Shown: positions 16,617 to 24,000, counted from the stretch's first letter. The stretch: 24,000 nt of DNA from Bryobacteraceae bacterium (GCA_040902885.1 JBBDWK010000075.1:17526-41525), one strand, 5' to 3'. Notes: generated from the letters alone by a model not told the origin. Numbers and translations: made by a program.

Positions 16617-17066
16617 TCAGCCGCAAGCGGCGCGGGCCGTCCCCTTCGTTGCCAAGGCGGCCCGATCGATCGGCCCATTGCGTGCAAGAAAGCGTCGACG
16701 TCCTCGCGGCCGAGCGCCGTCGCCGCGTCGCGAAACACGCGCTCGCGGTCGTACCAATGCACGAACCAGCCGCGCGCCGCGGCCAGCGCCTCGAGGCTCT
16801 CGCGCGCGGCGGACGCGCGCACGCGCTCGACGAGCGCCACGGCGTCGGCAAGCGAAAGCGCCCGCGCTCCCGGGATGTTTTGGGTAACGGCCCACCGCCC
16901 ACGATCCTTCGTGGTGATGCGGGTGCGTCGGCAGACCGCGATCAATGAGCTCGATGCGCCGGCGATCGAGGAGTTCGCCGCCGGGCGCGACAGTGACGAG
17001 CACCGCCGAGCTACCGTGCTCGGCGACGCCGACGGTCGCGGCTCGCTGCGTTCGTCCTCTCGCCAC
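16617..17066 (-). pseudogene. Conserved hypothetical protein (~150 aa), interrupted by at least one 1-nt indel
   Basis: The GTG start is at the complement of 17064-17066, with AAGGAG 6 nt upstream. Frame X reads ARGRTQRAATVGVAEHGSSAVLVTVAPGGELLDRRRIELIDRGLPTHPHHHEGSWAVGRYPKHPG. The protein-like sequence then continues in frame Y: ARALSLADAVALVERVRASAARESLEALAAARGWFVHWYDRERVFRDAATALGREDVDAFLHAMGRSIGPPW. The switch maps to the CCCGGG run at 16869-16874. Only frame X has a stop (16617) before wrbA, so a second indel near 16640-16660 is possible. I cannot name the family. Confidence 0.5.
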
Positions 17067-17169
17067 GTCTTTCTCCTTCGGGGGCGCGCCCCTGCAGCTG
17101 ACACCGTCGCTCACTCTCGTCCGGCTAACGCATCGGCGCTCAGCCGCGAGCCGCGCTGGATTGCGTTCG

Positions 17170-17448
17170 CTACTTGGATTTGCGCTTAGCACGGCTCGCC
17201 GGCTGCAGCGCCTTGTTAGGCAACCCGCCCGTGTTCCGCACGGCCCGTGTCGTGTACAGCACACCCTTCAGCGCCTCGTTCACGGCTTGCTCAGTCGGGA
17301 ATGCCTCGGCCACTTCAGGCTGGATCACGACGATATTGCTGCCCTCACGTACTCGGCTGGCATACTTGCCGCGAACGCCACCCTTCATGGAGGCAAAGTC
17401 GTACTCGGCACGCATGTCGTCAGCGAGGCTTGGAACCGTCTTCTTCAT
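17170..17448 (-). CDS. Putative antitoxin partner of BrnT (small protein with an EYDF...RGKY motif)
   Basis: It lies immediately downstream of, and overlapping, the BrnT gene. The sequence MKKTVPSLADDMRAEYDFASMKGGVRGKYASRV...VAEAFPTEQAVNEALKGVL resembles small antitoxin-type partners seen with DUF497/RelE-like toxins. The start is uncertain, with ATGs at 17463, 17448 and 17415. The tail is basic (RAKRKSK). Confidence 0.6.
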   Translation of the reverse strand: MKKTVPSLADDMRAEYDFASMKGGVRGKYASRVREGSNIVVIQPEVAEAFPTEQAVNEALKGVLYTTRAVRNTGGLPNKALQPASRAKRKSK

Positions 17449-17710
17449 AGAACGCCCGCTCATGTCGCGTTGCCCGTCTGGCGCTGATGATCCGAATGAT
17501 GTTCACAGCTACTTCAGTGTACGACACCACAAGAACCCGACCGCGAGCTGACATGCCAATGATCAGAAACCGGCGCTCGCTCACTGAATGATCCCTGTCC
17601 GGAAACGCGACCGAACCGGTGTCGTCGAATACCGTAGCGGCTTCCCGGAAGTCGACACCGTGTTTCTTGAGATTGGCCTCCGCCTTCTCGGGATCCCAAG
17701 TGAACGTCAC
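17420..17710 (-). CDS. brnT: BrnT-family (DUF497) type II toxin, ribonuclease
   Basis: It has a GTG start. The sequence is (M)TFTWDPEKAEANLKKHGVDFREAATVFDD...DRDHSVSERRFLIIGMSARGRVLVVSYTE...IRIISARRATRHERAFYEE. This matches the F-x-WD-x-x-KA-x-x-N-x-x-KHGV-x-F-x-EA ... IRIISAR-x-AT pattern of BrnT/DUF497. Confidence 0.85.
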   Translation of the reverse strand: MTFTWDPEKAEANLKKHGVDFREAATVFDDTGSVAFPDRDHSVSERRFLIIGMSARGRVLVVSYTEVAVNIIRIISARRATRHERAFYEEDGSKPR

Positions 17711-18078
17711 GAGCCCAGTGTAAACGCTGTTGAGCTGTGGCAGTCAGGCTGCATAACGCTCGCGGTTAACCCGCGCCGCGTGCCGCCACAGTCTGGAAGG
17801 GATGCGCGGACGAAATAGCCTGCCTTGAATCCCCCCGACTCGTGTAACCGTAACCCGATCGATCTGATTCGCTCGTACTGAGGGGCTGTTCCAGCACGTG
17901 TTCGGCTGCTGGCGAAATACCGCGTCTCGCAACGGCGCGATGGGAAGCGCCCGATCAGGGTTGCGGACGAACGGTCGGCGACCCGGAAGTCGGTGGTGGT
18001 CCCAAACTGCGATGCAGGACCGTAGGGATAGGCACGGCGAGGAAGCTGGTCAGGCCTTAAGTTAGCGCTTATGGGTAG

Positions 18079-18131
18079 AACCGCCTGCCCCACTGGCAGC
18101 CATTGGAGTTACCGAAATGGCGCAGGCGGTT
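18079..18131 (-). terminator. Compound hairpin 5 nt downstream of the glycoside-hydrolase-like gene stop (possible terminator)
   Basis: aaccgcctgc (18079-18088) pairs with gcaggcggtt (18122-18131). An inner stem gccatt (18099-18104) pairs with aatggc (18116-18121). No U-tract follows on the minus strand. Confidence 0.4.
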
Positions 18132-18135
18132 TCGC

Positions 18136-20100
18136 TTAGTTCACCATAATTCGAACTTTCGCGCGATTCGACCGGGTTTCCCCGTCTCCGACCATCCATT
18201 CGATTTCGTCGGCGCCGCGGAATCCTGGCGCAGGGGTATATGTAATGTCGTTGTCCATCCCTTGAAGTTCCCCATTTGCCGGGCGTTTGACGATACGGAC
18301 GCTGTACGGGCCCGGTCCATCGAGGTCGGTGTAGCGCAGGATAAACGTTATCGCCCTGCCGGAATCGACGGTAATGGAAAGACCTTCGGCGCGCGGTGGC
18401 GTGTTCACCCCCGAGGCATTGGCGGTGACTGATACCGTGGCCGTGTTGGACACCCAGCCTTTGCCGCGCAGCCGCCACTCGAAACGGTCTTGACCAATGT
18501 GGCCGGGGGTCGGAGCGTACGTCCGGTCGGCGCCGGCGCCCTCAAGTTTTCCATGGCGCGGCGGGGTGACGATTTCATAGGTGTGCTGGCCATTGCCGAG
18601 AGCGGCCAGGTGGACCGGAACGGGCCGATCTCGCAAGGAGAAGATCTTCGCCGAGGCCGCCACGGGCGGGCCGTTCGTGTCACCTTGGATTCTGCGCAGG
18701 CGGAGCGCCCAATCGCCGCTACCGGGCGGAGCTAGAGTCTGCGTGCCGCCCGCCACGGCGGGCTCTTGCTTCCACCCTCCGGCACGCGGGTCGAACCAAT
18801 CCACCTGGTAGCGATTGCCGGCCGTCAGATCGACGGTGACAGATCCCCCTGACGGCAGGTACAAGGCGTAGGTTTCGCCCGGGCGCGCCAGACAGAAGGC
18901 GCGGCCCTTTCGGACCACGTGGTTGGCCGGGAACATCTCCTCGAATGCAAGGGTTTCCATGAACCGGCCGGCCGCCGCCAACTCCGTCCAGAGCGGCTCG
19001 AGAGCGGCATAGCCTTGCGGGACGGGCACGTACGGCTCCCACATGCCGCCGGCCATATACACGGCCCACCAGCTGCGGCGGTCCTCCGACGGGCGGGCCT
19101 CGTCGAAGGAGACTACCAGGGGGCGCTGCTTGCGGACCAGGCCGGCCTGCCACCAGTCGATGGCCAACTGATTGAGCGTCTCGGGCTTGCTCGGATTCGT
19201 CTGTACGCTGGTGAGCTGGACGTTCGGGCTATCGATGTATTCCGGCCGCGGGGTGTTCACGTTGTGGATGGCGCGCGGGTGACGATAGGGGTCCATGTCG
19301 CCGAACACTTTCATGTGCTGGAGGGCTTCGGCCAGGGAATAGTTTTCGTTGTGCTCCTCGCCGAAGTTGAAATAAATGGCCGGCAGGTAGCCGAAGCGGG
19401 CGATCATCTCGCGGTAGTAACGCGCGTGGTCATACTCCGTCCAGGCGCTGTCGTCTTCCAGCACAATCTGGATTACGATTCCCTTCGACTGGATGTATTC
19501 GAAGAAGTCGCGCCACTTTTCGAGCTTGTCGTGGTTGAATCGGCGGTGATTCCGCTTGGCCTCCTCCGGCGTATCGCCCAACCAGGGCCAGACGTCGTTT
19601 TCGTCGCCTTCCAGATTGTGCGTCATGATGTAGACGGCGTTGATACCCTTCTCAGCGAGGTAGTCGATCTGCCGCTTCTTGGCGTTCCAGTCATTCAAGC
19701 CGAATGCCTTCCCGAGGAAGTTTTCCGGTTCGTCGGCGCCGAACTTGATCCAGTAGCCTCCGTCGCGAAACTTGAGGTAGCGTCGGCCGGTGTATTCGAG
19801 GCGTCCTTTCGTGCCCGAGGGCGGATCGACGACCGTGAAGGACCCCGTGCGGCCGTTCAGCTCCGCCTCGCTGCTTTCCGTCCTGTAGATCCAGGCGCCG
19901 TTGCGGTCCGCCGAGAAGCGCACCTTCCACGCGGTTCCTCCTTCATGGAAACCCGGAACCCGGAAGGCTTCGCCGCGGGGCGCGGTGAAGGTCACATCCA
20001 GGGAAGCAGCGTCGTTGGCCGGTCCCTGGAATGGAACCTCGATTTTGTCCCATCGGGGAAAACTCCCCAGCACGGCCAGGAGCAGCATCGCGATGGGCAT
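18136..20100 (-). CDS. DUF5060-type putative glycoside hydrolase (TIM-barrel, GH5/GH140-like) with two C-terminal Ig/cadherin-like domains
   Basis: The N-terminal domain reads WDKIEVPFQGP...FRVPGFHEGGTAWKVRFSADRNGAWIYRTES. The barrel region reads YLKFRDGGYWIKFGADEPENFL...IDYLAEKGINAVYIMTHNLEGDENDVWPW...IVLEDD...FNFGEEHNE. The two ~90-aa C-terminal repeats are ...TYEIVTPPRHGKLEG...TYAPTPGHIGQDRFEWR and ...VRIVKRPANGELQG...TYTPAPGFRGADEIEWM. The ATG overlaps the upstream receptor stop (TGATG). Confidence 0.78.
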   Translation of the reverse strand: MPIAMLLLAVLGSFPRWDKIEVPFQGPANDAASLDVTFTAPRGEAFRVPGFHEGGTAWKVRFSADRNGAWIYRTESSEAELNGRTGSFTVVDPPSGTKGRLEYTGRRYLKFRDGGYWIKFGADEPENFLGKAFGLNDWNAKKRQIDYLAEKGINAVYIMTHNLEGDENDVWPWLGDTPEEAKRNHRRFNHDKLEKWRDFFEYIQSKGIVIQIVLEDDSAWTEYDHARYYREMIARFGYLPAIYFNFGEEHNENYSLAEALQHMKVFGDMDPYRHPRAIHNVNTPRPEYIDSPNVQLTSVQTNPSKPETLNQLAIDWWQAGLVRKQRPLVVSFDEARPSEDRRSWWAVYMAGGMWEPYVPVPQGYAALEPLWTELAAAGRFMETLAFEEMFPANHVVRKGRAFCLARPGETYALYLPSGGSVTVDLTAGNRYQVDWFDPRAGGWKQEPAVAGGTQTLAPPGSGDWALRLRRIQGDTNGPPVAASAKIFSLRDRPVPVHLAALGNGQHTYEIVTPPRHGKLEGAGADRTYAPTPGHIGQDRFEWRLRGKGWVSNTATVSVTANASGVNTPPRAEGLSITVDSGRAITFILRYTDLDGPGPYSVRIVKRPANGELQGMDNDITYTPAPGFRGADEIEWMVGDGETRSNRAKVRIMVN

Positions 20101-23100
20101 CAGAACTCGAACCTCAGTGCGAGCTGCATAATGCGGCCGGCGCCGGCCGAGGTGATGCGCCCCAGCGTGGCGGTGGTGGCGAGGCTGGAGCCGGGGTTGC
20201 CGAAGTCAGGGCGGTTGAAACTATTGAAGAGGTCCCAGCGAGCCTCGATGAGTTTGGTTTCGCTCCACACGCGGAACTTCTTGTTCAGGCTCAGATCCAC
20301 ATTTGCCGTGCCGGGACCGATTACGACATTGCGGCCGGCAGTGCCGAATCGGCCCAATGGACTGTGAGCGAACACGCTGGGGTCAAAGTATCGTTCCAGC
20401 CGTTCGGCTCTTGGGCGGTCCGCGGGCAGTTTGGGATCGCCAAACAGGTCCGGCCGATCCTTATTCACACCCTGCAATGAGTTGTCGCGGCCGGAGACGA
20501 TGTTGATAGGAGAGCCGTCCTGGAGAGTGGCGATGCCGGAGATCTGCCAGCCGCCCACAATGCGGTTGGACTTGAGAAACGGTAGTTCCCACAACCAGGA
20601 GACCGCCACGCGGTGCCGGACATCGAAGCTGCCCAGGCCGCGCGATCCGCGGCGGTCGTACGGATTCTGAGAGAACCAGTCGTCGGCAACTTCGCTGGTG
20701 CTGGCCTCATCGATTGCCTTCGACCAGGCGTAACTCAAGAGGACCGTGTGGCCGTGGGAGAGCCGCTTGTTGACCACTACCTGCAAGCCGTGATAGCTGG
20801 AAATCCCGTCCGTGCTGTAGGCCTGGAGTGACGCGAAGTTGGGGGCATAGATCCGGCGCTGATCGGTGTTCTGAGTGGTGGACTGGCCGGGAATGAAGAC
20901 GGCGGGGTTCTGCTGCTGCGCCATGCTAACCTTACGGCCGAGGGTGGCGACATAGCTGGCCTGCACGAGGGTGCGGCCCCAGACCTCCTGTTCGAGCGTA
21001 AAGTTCAGGTTCTGTGCATAGGGCGTGGAAACGTCGCCAACGAAGGAATTGGTCATGGCGATAGGAAAGGTAAAGGCAGGATTGTTGCGATCCAGAGGAA
21101 TGCCGTAAGGTACCTGGATGTTACGCTGCGGATCGGTGAGAGGACCGACATCGTTGGTCAACACATCGGCGCCGAACGGCTGAGCGTTCTGCGTCGCCAC
21201 CTGCCCGATGAGCGGGTCATAACTAACCCCATAACCGCCGCGGAGACTGGTTTTCCCGTTTCCGAAAACGTCGAAGGCGAAGCCGATGCGAGGGCCGATG
21301 TTGAAGGCGTCGCGCTGAAAGGGGAACGCGGCGTCGTCCTGGTAAATCATGCCGGTGGGCGCGGCCGGAAAGAGGCTTGATCGCGCCCCGGGAACCATCG
21401 CGGCGAACTGGCCGTCGACGGCTCGCCATGGCGTGTAAACTTCCGACCGCAAGCCGAAGCTCAGACTCAGCCGCCGGGTGGCGCGCCAACGGTCCTGCAC
21501 ATAGAAGGCGTAATTCCAATACTGCGCATCGTTGTTGCGAAACTTTTCCTGGCGAAGCTGGGAGGCCCGTCCAAGAAAAAAGTCGGACATGGCGTTACGC
21601 GTAAGGAAGCCGTTGAAGGTGATCTCCCCATAGGAGCGGCCGCTGTTATTCAGCAGAAACCGCTGCTGATAAAAGGAGCCGCCGTACTTGAATTCGTGCT
21701 TGCCGCGGAACCAGCTCAAATCGCCGGCGCCTTCGTAGGTGTCGCTGATGCGGCTTCCTTCGCGAGCGGAAGCAGCGTTCATGCGGCCGGAGATGGTCAT
21801 CAGCGGCAAGCTGCCCGGTCCACCGCCCGTGACAAAGTTCGATCCGAGATCGGCCAGCGTGGTGCGGACGAGGTTCAGCTCCGAATAGCGGAACCGGGTG
21901 ACCGAGGCCCTGGCGTTGAGCAGAAGAGTGGGACTGAAAGTGTGAGTATGGGCGAGGTTGGCGTTTTGCGACCGGTCATCGAGGGAGGAAGCGGCATAGC
22001 CGTCGACGTTACTTCCGGCGAACGGGTTCAGTGTGCCGGGGGTGTCGATGTAATAGCGAAATGTGGTCCGATCGGCCGGAGTAAAGTCGTAGTCCACACG
22101 GCCCAGGATCATATCGCTCTCCGTTGGAACGCTAATCTGAGTGACGTACTGCCCGTTAGGGCGGTTGGGAAGCGGGAAGAGTTCCGCCAGCTTGAGTGCG
22201 ACGGGGTCCAGCCGGCTGGCCGGAATGATGCCGTTCGGGAAGGGCTGATTGGTGTCCGGATCCGTGGGCCGTGTCCCTATCGTCTGCGAGAAATTTCCCG
22301 CTCGTTCTTCGGCGGTGGGCGGAAATGCCGACGACACGACACGGTCGGCGCGGCTCTCCAGCCCTTGATAGGAAACGAAGAAGAAGGCCTTGTTGCGCCG
22401 GATGGGTCCGCCCAGGGTTCCGCCGAACTGGTTGTACCGGAGCTTGGGGACGGATTGGGCGAAAAAGCTGCGGGCGTCGAGGGCGTCGTTGCGGAAGTAG
22501 TCCCAAAGCGAGCCGTGGAACTGGTTGGTGCCGCTTTTGGTGACCGCGCTGATCGCCGCCGAGCCGTGACCGAAGTCGGCGGTGACGCCGCTGGTGACAA
22601 CCTTGACTTCCTGTATGGCGTCGGGCGGGGGCTGGATCAGTCCCTGGCCGCGATGGCCGTAGTAGAGGCTGGCGCCGTCCAGCATGATGTTGGTTGAATA
22701 GCTCCGGTTGCCGTTGACGTTGACGCGCTGCTGGTTGAATCCCGGCCCGTTCTCGAGCGCACTACGCGTCACTGCCGGCGTCAGCGCGGCCAGGCTCAGC
22801 ACATTGCGGCCGTTAAGGGGCAGGTCGACCAGGCGGCGGCTGTCGATGAGCGTGTCAAGAGTGCCGGTGGTGATATTGACGGGCGAGATTTCATCGGTGA
22901 CCGTGACCGTTTCGTTGACCGTGCCGACTTCGAGCGTCACGTCAACCTGGAGGATCTGGTTGGAGGTCAGAGCAATGCCGGTCCGGTGGAAGCGCTTGAA
23001 GCCCTCCGCCTCGGCCGACACGGAGTAGTTTCCAATCGGCAGAGACCGGGCAAGATAGATGCCAAGCTCGTTGGCATTGAATTCAAAGCGCTGGCCGGTT

Positions 23101-23264
23101 TGCTCGTTCTGGATGATAACCCTGGCACTCGAGACTCCGAGGCCCTGGGAATCGCTCACGGTTCCGGAAATCTGACCGGTAGTGAGCTGAGCGAGAGCAG
23201 GAACGCCACCGAAGGCAGTCAGTAGCAGGAGGAGGAGGCAAGGAGTTTGCTTCTGAAACAGCAT
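20100..23264 (-). CDS. TonB-dependent outer-membrane receptor, Oar-like, with a carboxypeptidase-regulatory-like N-terminal domain (1054 aa)
   Basis: The signal peptide is MLFQKQTPCLLLLLLTAFGGVPALA. The CarboxypepD_reg-like domain reads ISGTVSDSQGLGVSSARVIIQNEQTGQ...GNYSVSAEAEGFK. The plug-like segment is LPLNGRNVLSLAALTPAV. A long Gly/aromatic-rich barrel follows, ending in a terminal aromatic residue (...MQLALRFEF). Confidence 0.92.
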   Translation of the reverse strand: MLFQKQTPCLLLLLLTAFGGVPALAQLTTGQISGTVSDSQGLGVSSARVIIQNEQTGQRFEFNANELGIYLARSLPIGNYSVSAEAEGFKRFHRTGIALTSNQILQVDVTLEVGTVNETVTVTDEISPVNITTGTLDTLIDSRRLVDLPLNGRNVLSLAALTPAVTRSALENGPGFNQQRVNVNGNRSYSTNIMLDGASLYYGHRGQGLIQPPPDAIQEVKVVTSGVTADFGHGSAAISAVTKSGTNQFHGSLWDYFRNDALDARSFFAQSVPKLRYNQFGGTLGGPIRRNKAFFFVSYQGLESRADRVVSSAFPPTAEERAGNFSQTIGTRPTDPDTNQPFPNGIIPASRLDPVALKLAELFPLPNRPNGQYVTQISVPTESDMILGRVDYDFTPADRTTFRYYIDTPGTLNPFAGSNVDGYAASSLDDRSQNANLAHTHTFSPTLLLNARASVTRFRYSELNLVRTTLADLGSNFVTGGGPGSLPLMTISGRMNAASAREGSRISDTYEGAGDLSWFRGKHEFKYGGSFYQQRFLLNNSGRSYGEITFNGFLTRNAMSDFFLGRASQLRQEKFRNNDAQYWNYAFYVQDRWRATRRLSLSFGLRSEVYTPWRAVDGQFAAMVPGARSSLFPAAPTGMIYQDDAAFPFQRDAFNIGPRIGFAFDVFGNGKTSLRGGYGVSYDPLIGQVATQNAQPFGADVLTNDVGPLTDPQRNIQVPYGIPLDRNNPAFTFPIAMTNSFVGDVSTPYAQNLNFTLEQEVWGRTLVQASYVATLGRKVSMAQQQNPAVFIPGQSTTQNTDQRRIYAPNFASLQAYSTDGISSYHGLQVVVNKRLSHGHTVLLSYAWSKAIDEASTSEVADDWFSQNPYDRRGSRGLGSFDVRHRVAVSWLWELPFLKSNRIVGGWQISGIATLQDGSPINIVSGRDNSLQGVNKDRPDLFGDPKLPADRPRAERLERYFDPSVFAHSPLGRFGTAGRNVVIGPGTANVDLSLNKKFRVWSETKLIEARWDLFNSFNRPDFGNPGSSLATTATLGRITSAGAGRIMQLALRFEF

Positions 23265-23371
23265 GGCGCAAATGATGCTATTTCATACAGCATGTCGAGT
23301 GCAAGCACTCGCCCGAAAGGCTTTGATTTTTCCCTTACCCTCTCCCCCTCCGGCTTCACCTCAAACCTCTT

Positions 23372-23590
23372 CTAAGCGGCAGGGGTGATTTCGACTTCTC
23401 CCGCAAAACTTGACGGTTTCGGAATTGGAAGGCCTTCCTCGCGCATTCCCTCAAGGTGCAGCTGGATGGCTTCGTGAATCAAGCGTTCGACTTCTTCACG
23501 GGAATCGCCTACGGCAATGACGCCCGGAAGGTCCGGAAGGTATGCTCCCCAGGAAGTTGGCCCTTGTTCGTAGATTACCGTGTACTTCAT
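23372..23590 (-). CDS. hicB: HicB-family type II antitoxin (short form)
   Basis: The sequence is MKYTVIYEQGPTSWGAYLPDLPGVIAVGDSREEVERLIHEAIQLHLEGMREEGLPIPKPSS, the HicB N-terminal RNase-H-like fold signature. It overlaps hicA by 4 nt (ATGA). Confidence 0.9.
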   Translation of the reverse strand: MKYTVIYEQGPTSWGAYLPDLPGVIAVGDSREEVERLIHEAIQLHLEGMREEGLPIPKPSSFAGEVEITPAA

Positions 23591-23790
23591 TGATCTTCTT
23601 CTTTCCGCTCCAGCCCGGCGTTTCTCAAGATTGCTTTCAAAGTTCCGATAGGGACGTCTTTACCCAGATTCCCTGGGACTGTCGCGAGCAACTGCTTGCC
23701 CGGATGCTTGAACTGTCGGTGGCTGCCCTTTGTTGTCCTCAATCGCCAACCATTGGATTCCAATAGCCGAATCAGGTCTCGAACCTTCAC
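23587..23790 (-). CDS. hicA: HicA-family type II toxin (mRNA interferase)
   Basis: It has a GTG start. The sequence is (M)KVRDLIRLLESNGWRLRTTKGSHRQFKHPGKQLLATVPGNLGKDVPIGTLKAILRNAGL, with the GSH-x-x-F-x-HP motif of HicA. Confidence 0.9.
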   Translation of the reverse strand: MKVRDLIRLLESNGWRLRTTKGSHRQFKHPGKQLLATVPGNLGKDVPIGTLKAILRNAGLERKEEDQ

Positions 23791-23866
23791 TCCTTTTGAG
23801 GATAGCGTAAAGTCCCTATAAAGCTTGTGCCGCCCTCCTCTGAAATCTCATTGGCTGGGGAAATTC

Positions 23867-24000
23867 CTACCGCCGCCATCCCTTCAGCCTTGTGCAAATC
23901 CTGAGTTTATTACCGTCGGGATCGATGACGGTCATATCGCGCAATCCCTGAAGGCTCTCGTTCGGAGGCTCTTTCACCGGAACTCCCCTGCTCTGGAAGT
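23867..24000 (-). CDS. C-terminal end of a glyoxalase/bleomycin-resistance (VOC) family protein. The 5' part lies beyond the window end.
   Basis: Not in the ORF track. Hand translation of the minus strand gives FQSRGVPVKEPPNESLQGLRDMTVIDPDGNKLRICTRLKGWRR*, with TAG at the complement of 23867-23869. The motif G-x-R-x-x-x-x-x-DPDGN-x-x-x-I is typical of VOC domain ends. Only 44 codons are visible. Confidence 0.55.
   Translation of the reverse strand, partial: FQSRGVPVKEPPNESLQGLRDMTVIDPDGNKLRICTRLKGWRR

Noticed and set aside
16283-17104. 273-aa ORF overlapping wrbA by ~290 nt
   Set aside because: Only its central part (about 16650-16870) looks like real protein. The N-terminal part is out of frame with the SD-supported GTG start at 17066. 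The C-terminal part reads through wrbA in a wrong frame. It is better explained as one piece of a frameshifted small gene.
17823-17836. tRNA/tmRNA-like T-loop (ccttgaatcccccc; GGGGGGATTCAAGG on the minus strand)
   Set aside because: The flanking bases do not form a T-stem or an acceptor stem. No cloverleaf or tmRNA 5'/3' pairing could be built.
18040-18060. GGAAGCTGGTCAGGCC, resembling the 5' end of bacterial RNase P RNA
   Set aside because: The obligatory GAGGAAAGTCCGGGC (P4) element is absent downstream. The RNA would have to run ~350 nt into the well-supported hydrolase coding region.
18919-20367. 482-aa plus-strand ORF antisense to the hydrolase-like gene and the receptor 3' end
   Set aside because: It has no motifs and biased Arg/Gly/Val/Ala composition. 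It spans two well-supported minus-strand genes. The same reasoning rejects 8620..9930 (+), 4285..5280 (+), 164..916 (+), 21696..22697 (+) and the Arg-rich 828..1655 (-).

Overview
High-GC, gene-dense chromosomal segment, most likely from an Acidobacterium of the Solibacter/Bryobacter type. The pointers are an Oar-like TonB-dependent receptor with a carboxypeptidase-regulatory-like N-terminus, SBBP beta-propeller repeats, and a C-terminal domain resembling the Solibacter-type TIGR03437 module. All calls rest on reading the translations; no searches were run.

Gene order, mostly minus strand:
- lysS (partial)
- small coiled-coil ORF (+)
- GDE-type amylo-alpha-1,6-glucosidase and GT4 glycosyltransferase
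- Mrp/ApbC Fe-S carrier ATPase
- a ~1017-aa secreted SBBP/BNR/TIGR03437 protein split by a frameshift
- Tat-exported Gfo/Idh/MocA oxidoreductase
- OmpA-family lipoprotein (+) with a clean terminator
- C-terminal remnant of a sulfatase
- TPR protein translationally coupled to queG
- a 701-aa radical-SAM enzyme (+)
- wrbA (frameshifted)
- frameshifted conserved hypothetical
- BrnT toxin plus partner
- 425-bp ORF-free gap
- TonB-dependent receptor translationally coupled to a DUF5060-type glycoside-hydrolase-like protein
- HicAB
- VOC-family gene end (partial)

Most interesting: the stand-alone 701-aa radical-SAM protein (13598..15703). Its cysteine architecture resembles the archaeal tetraether lipid synthase family (Tes/GDGT-MAS). 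In an Acidobacterium that makes it a candidate enzyme for membrane-spanning (brGDGT/iso-diabolic-acid type) lipid formation.

Second theme: at least three 1-nt indels in G/C runs break otherwise intact genes. This points to assembly indel errors or recent pseudogenisation. No rRNA, tRNA, CRISPR array or transposase was recognised.
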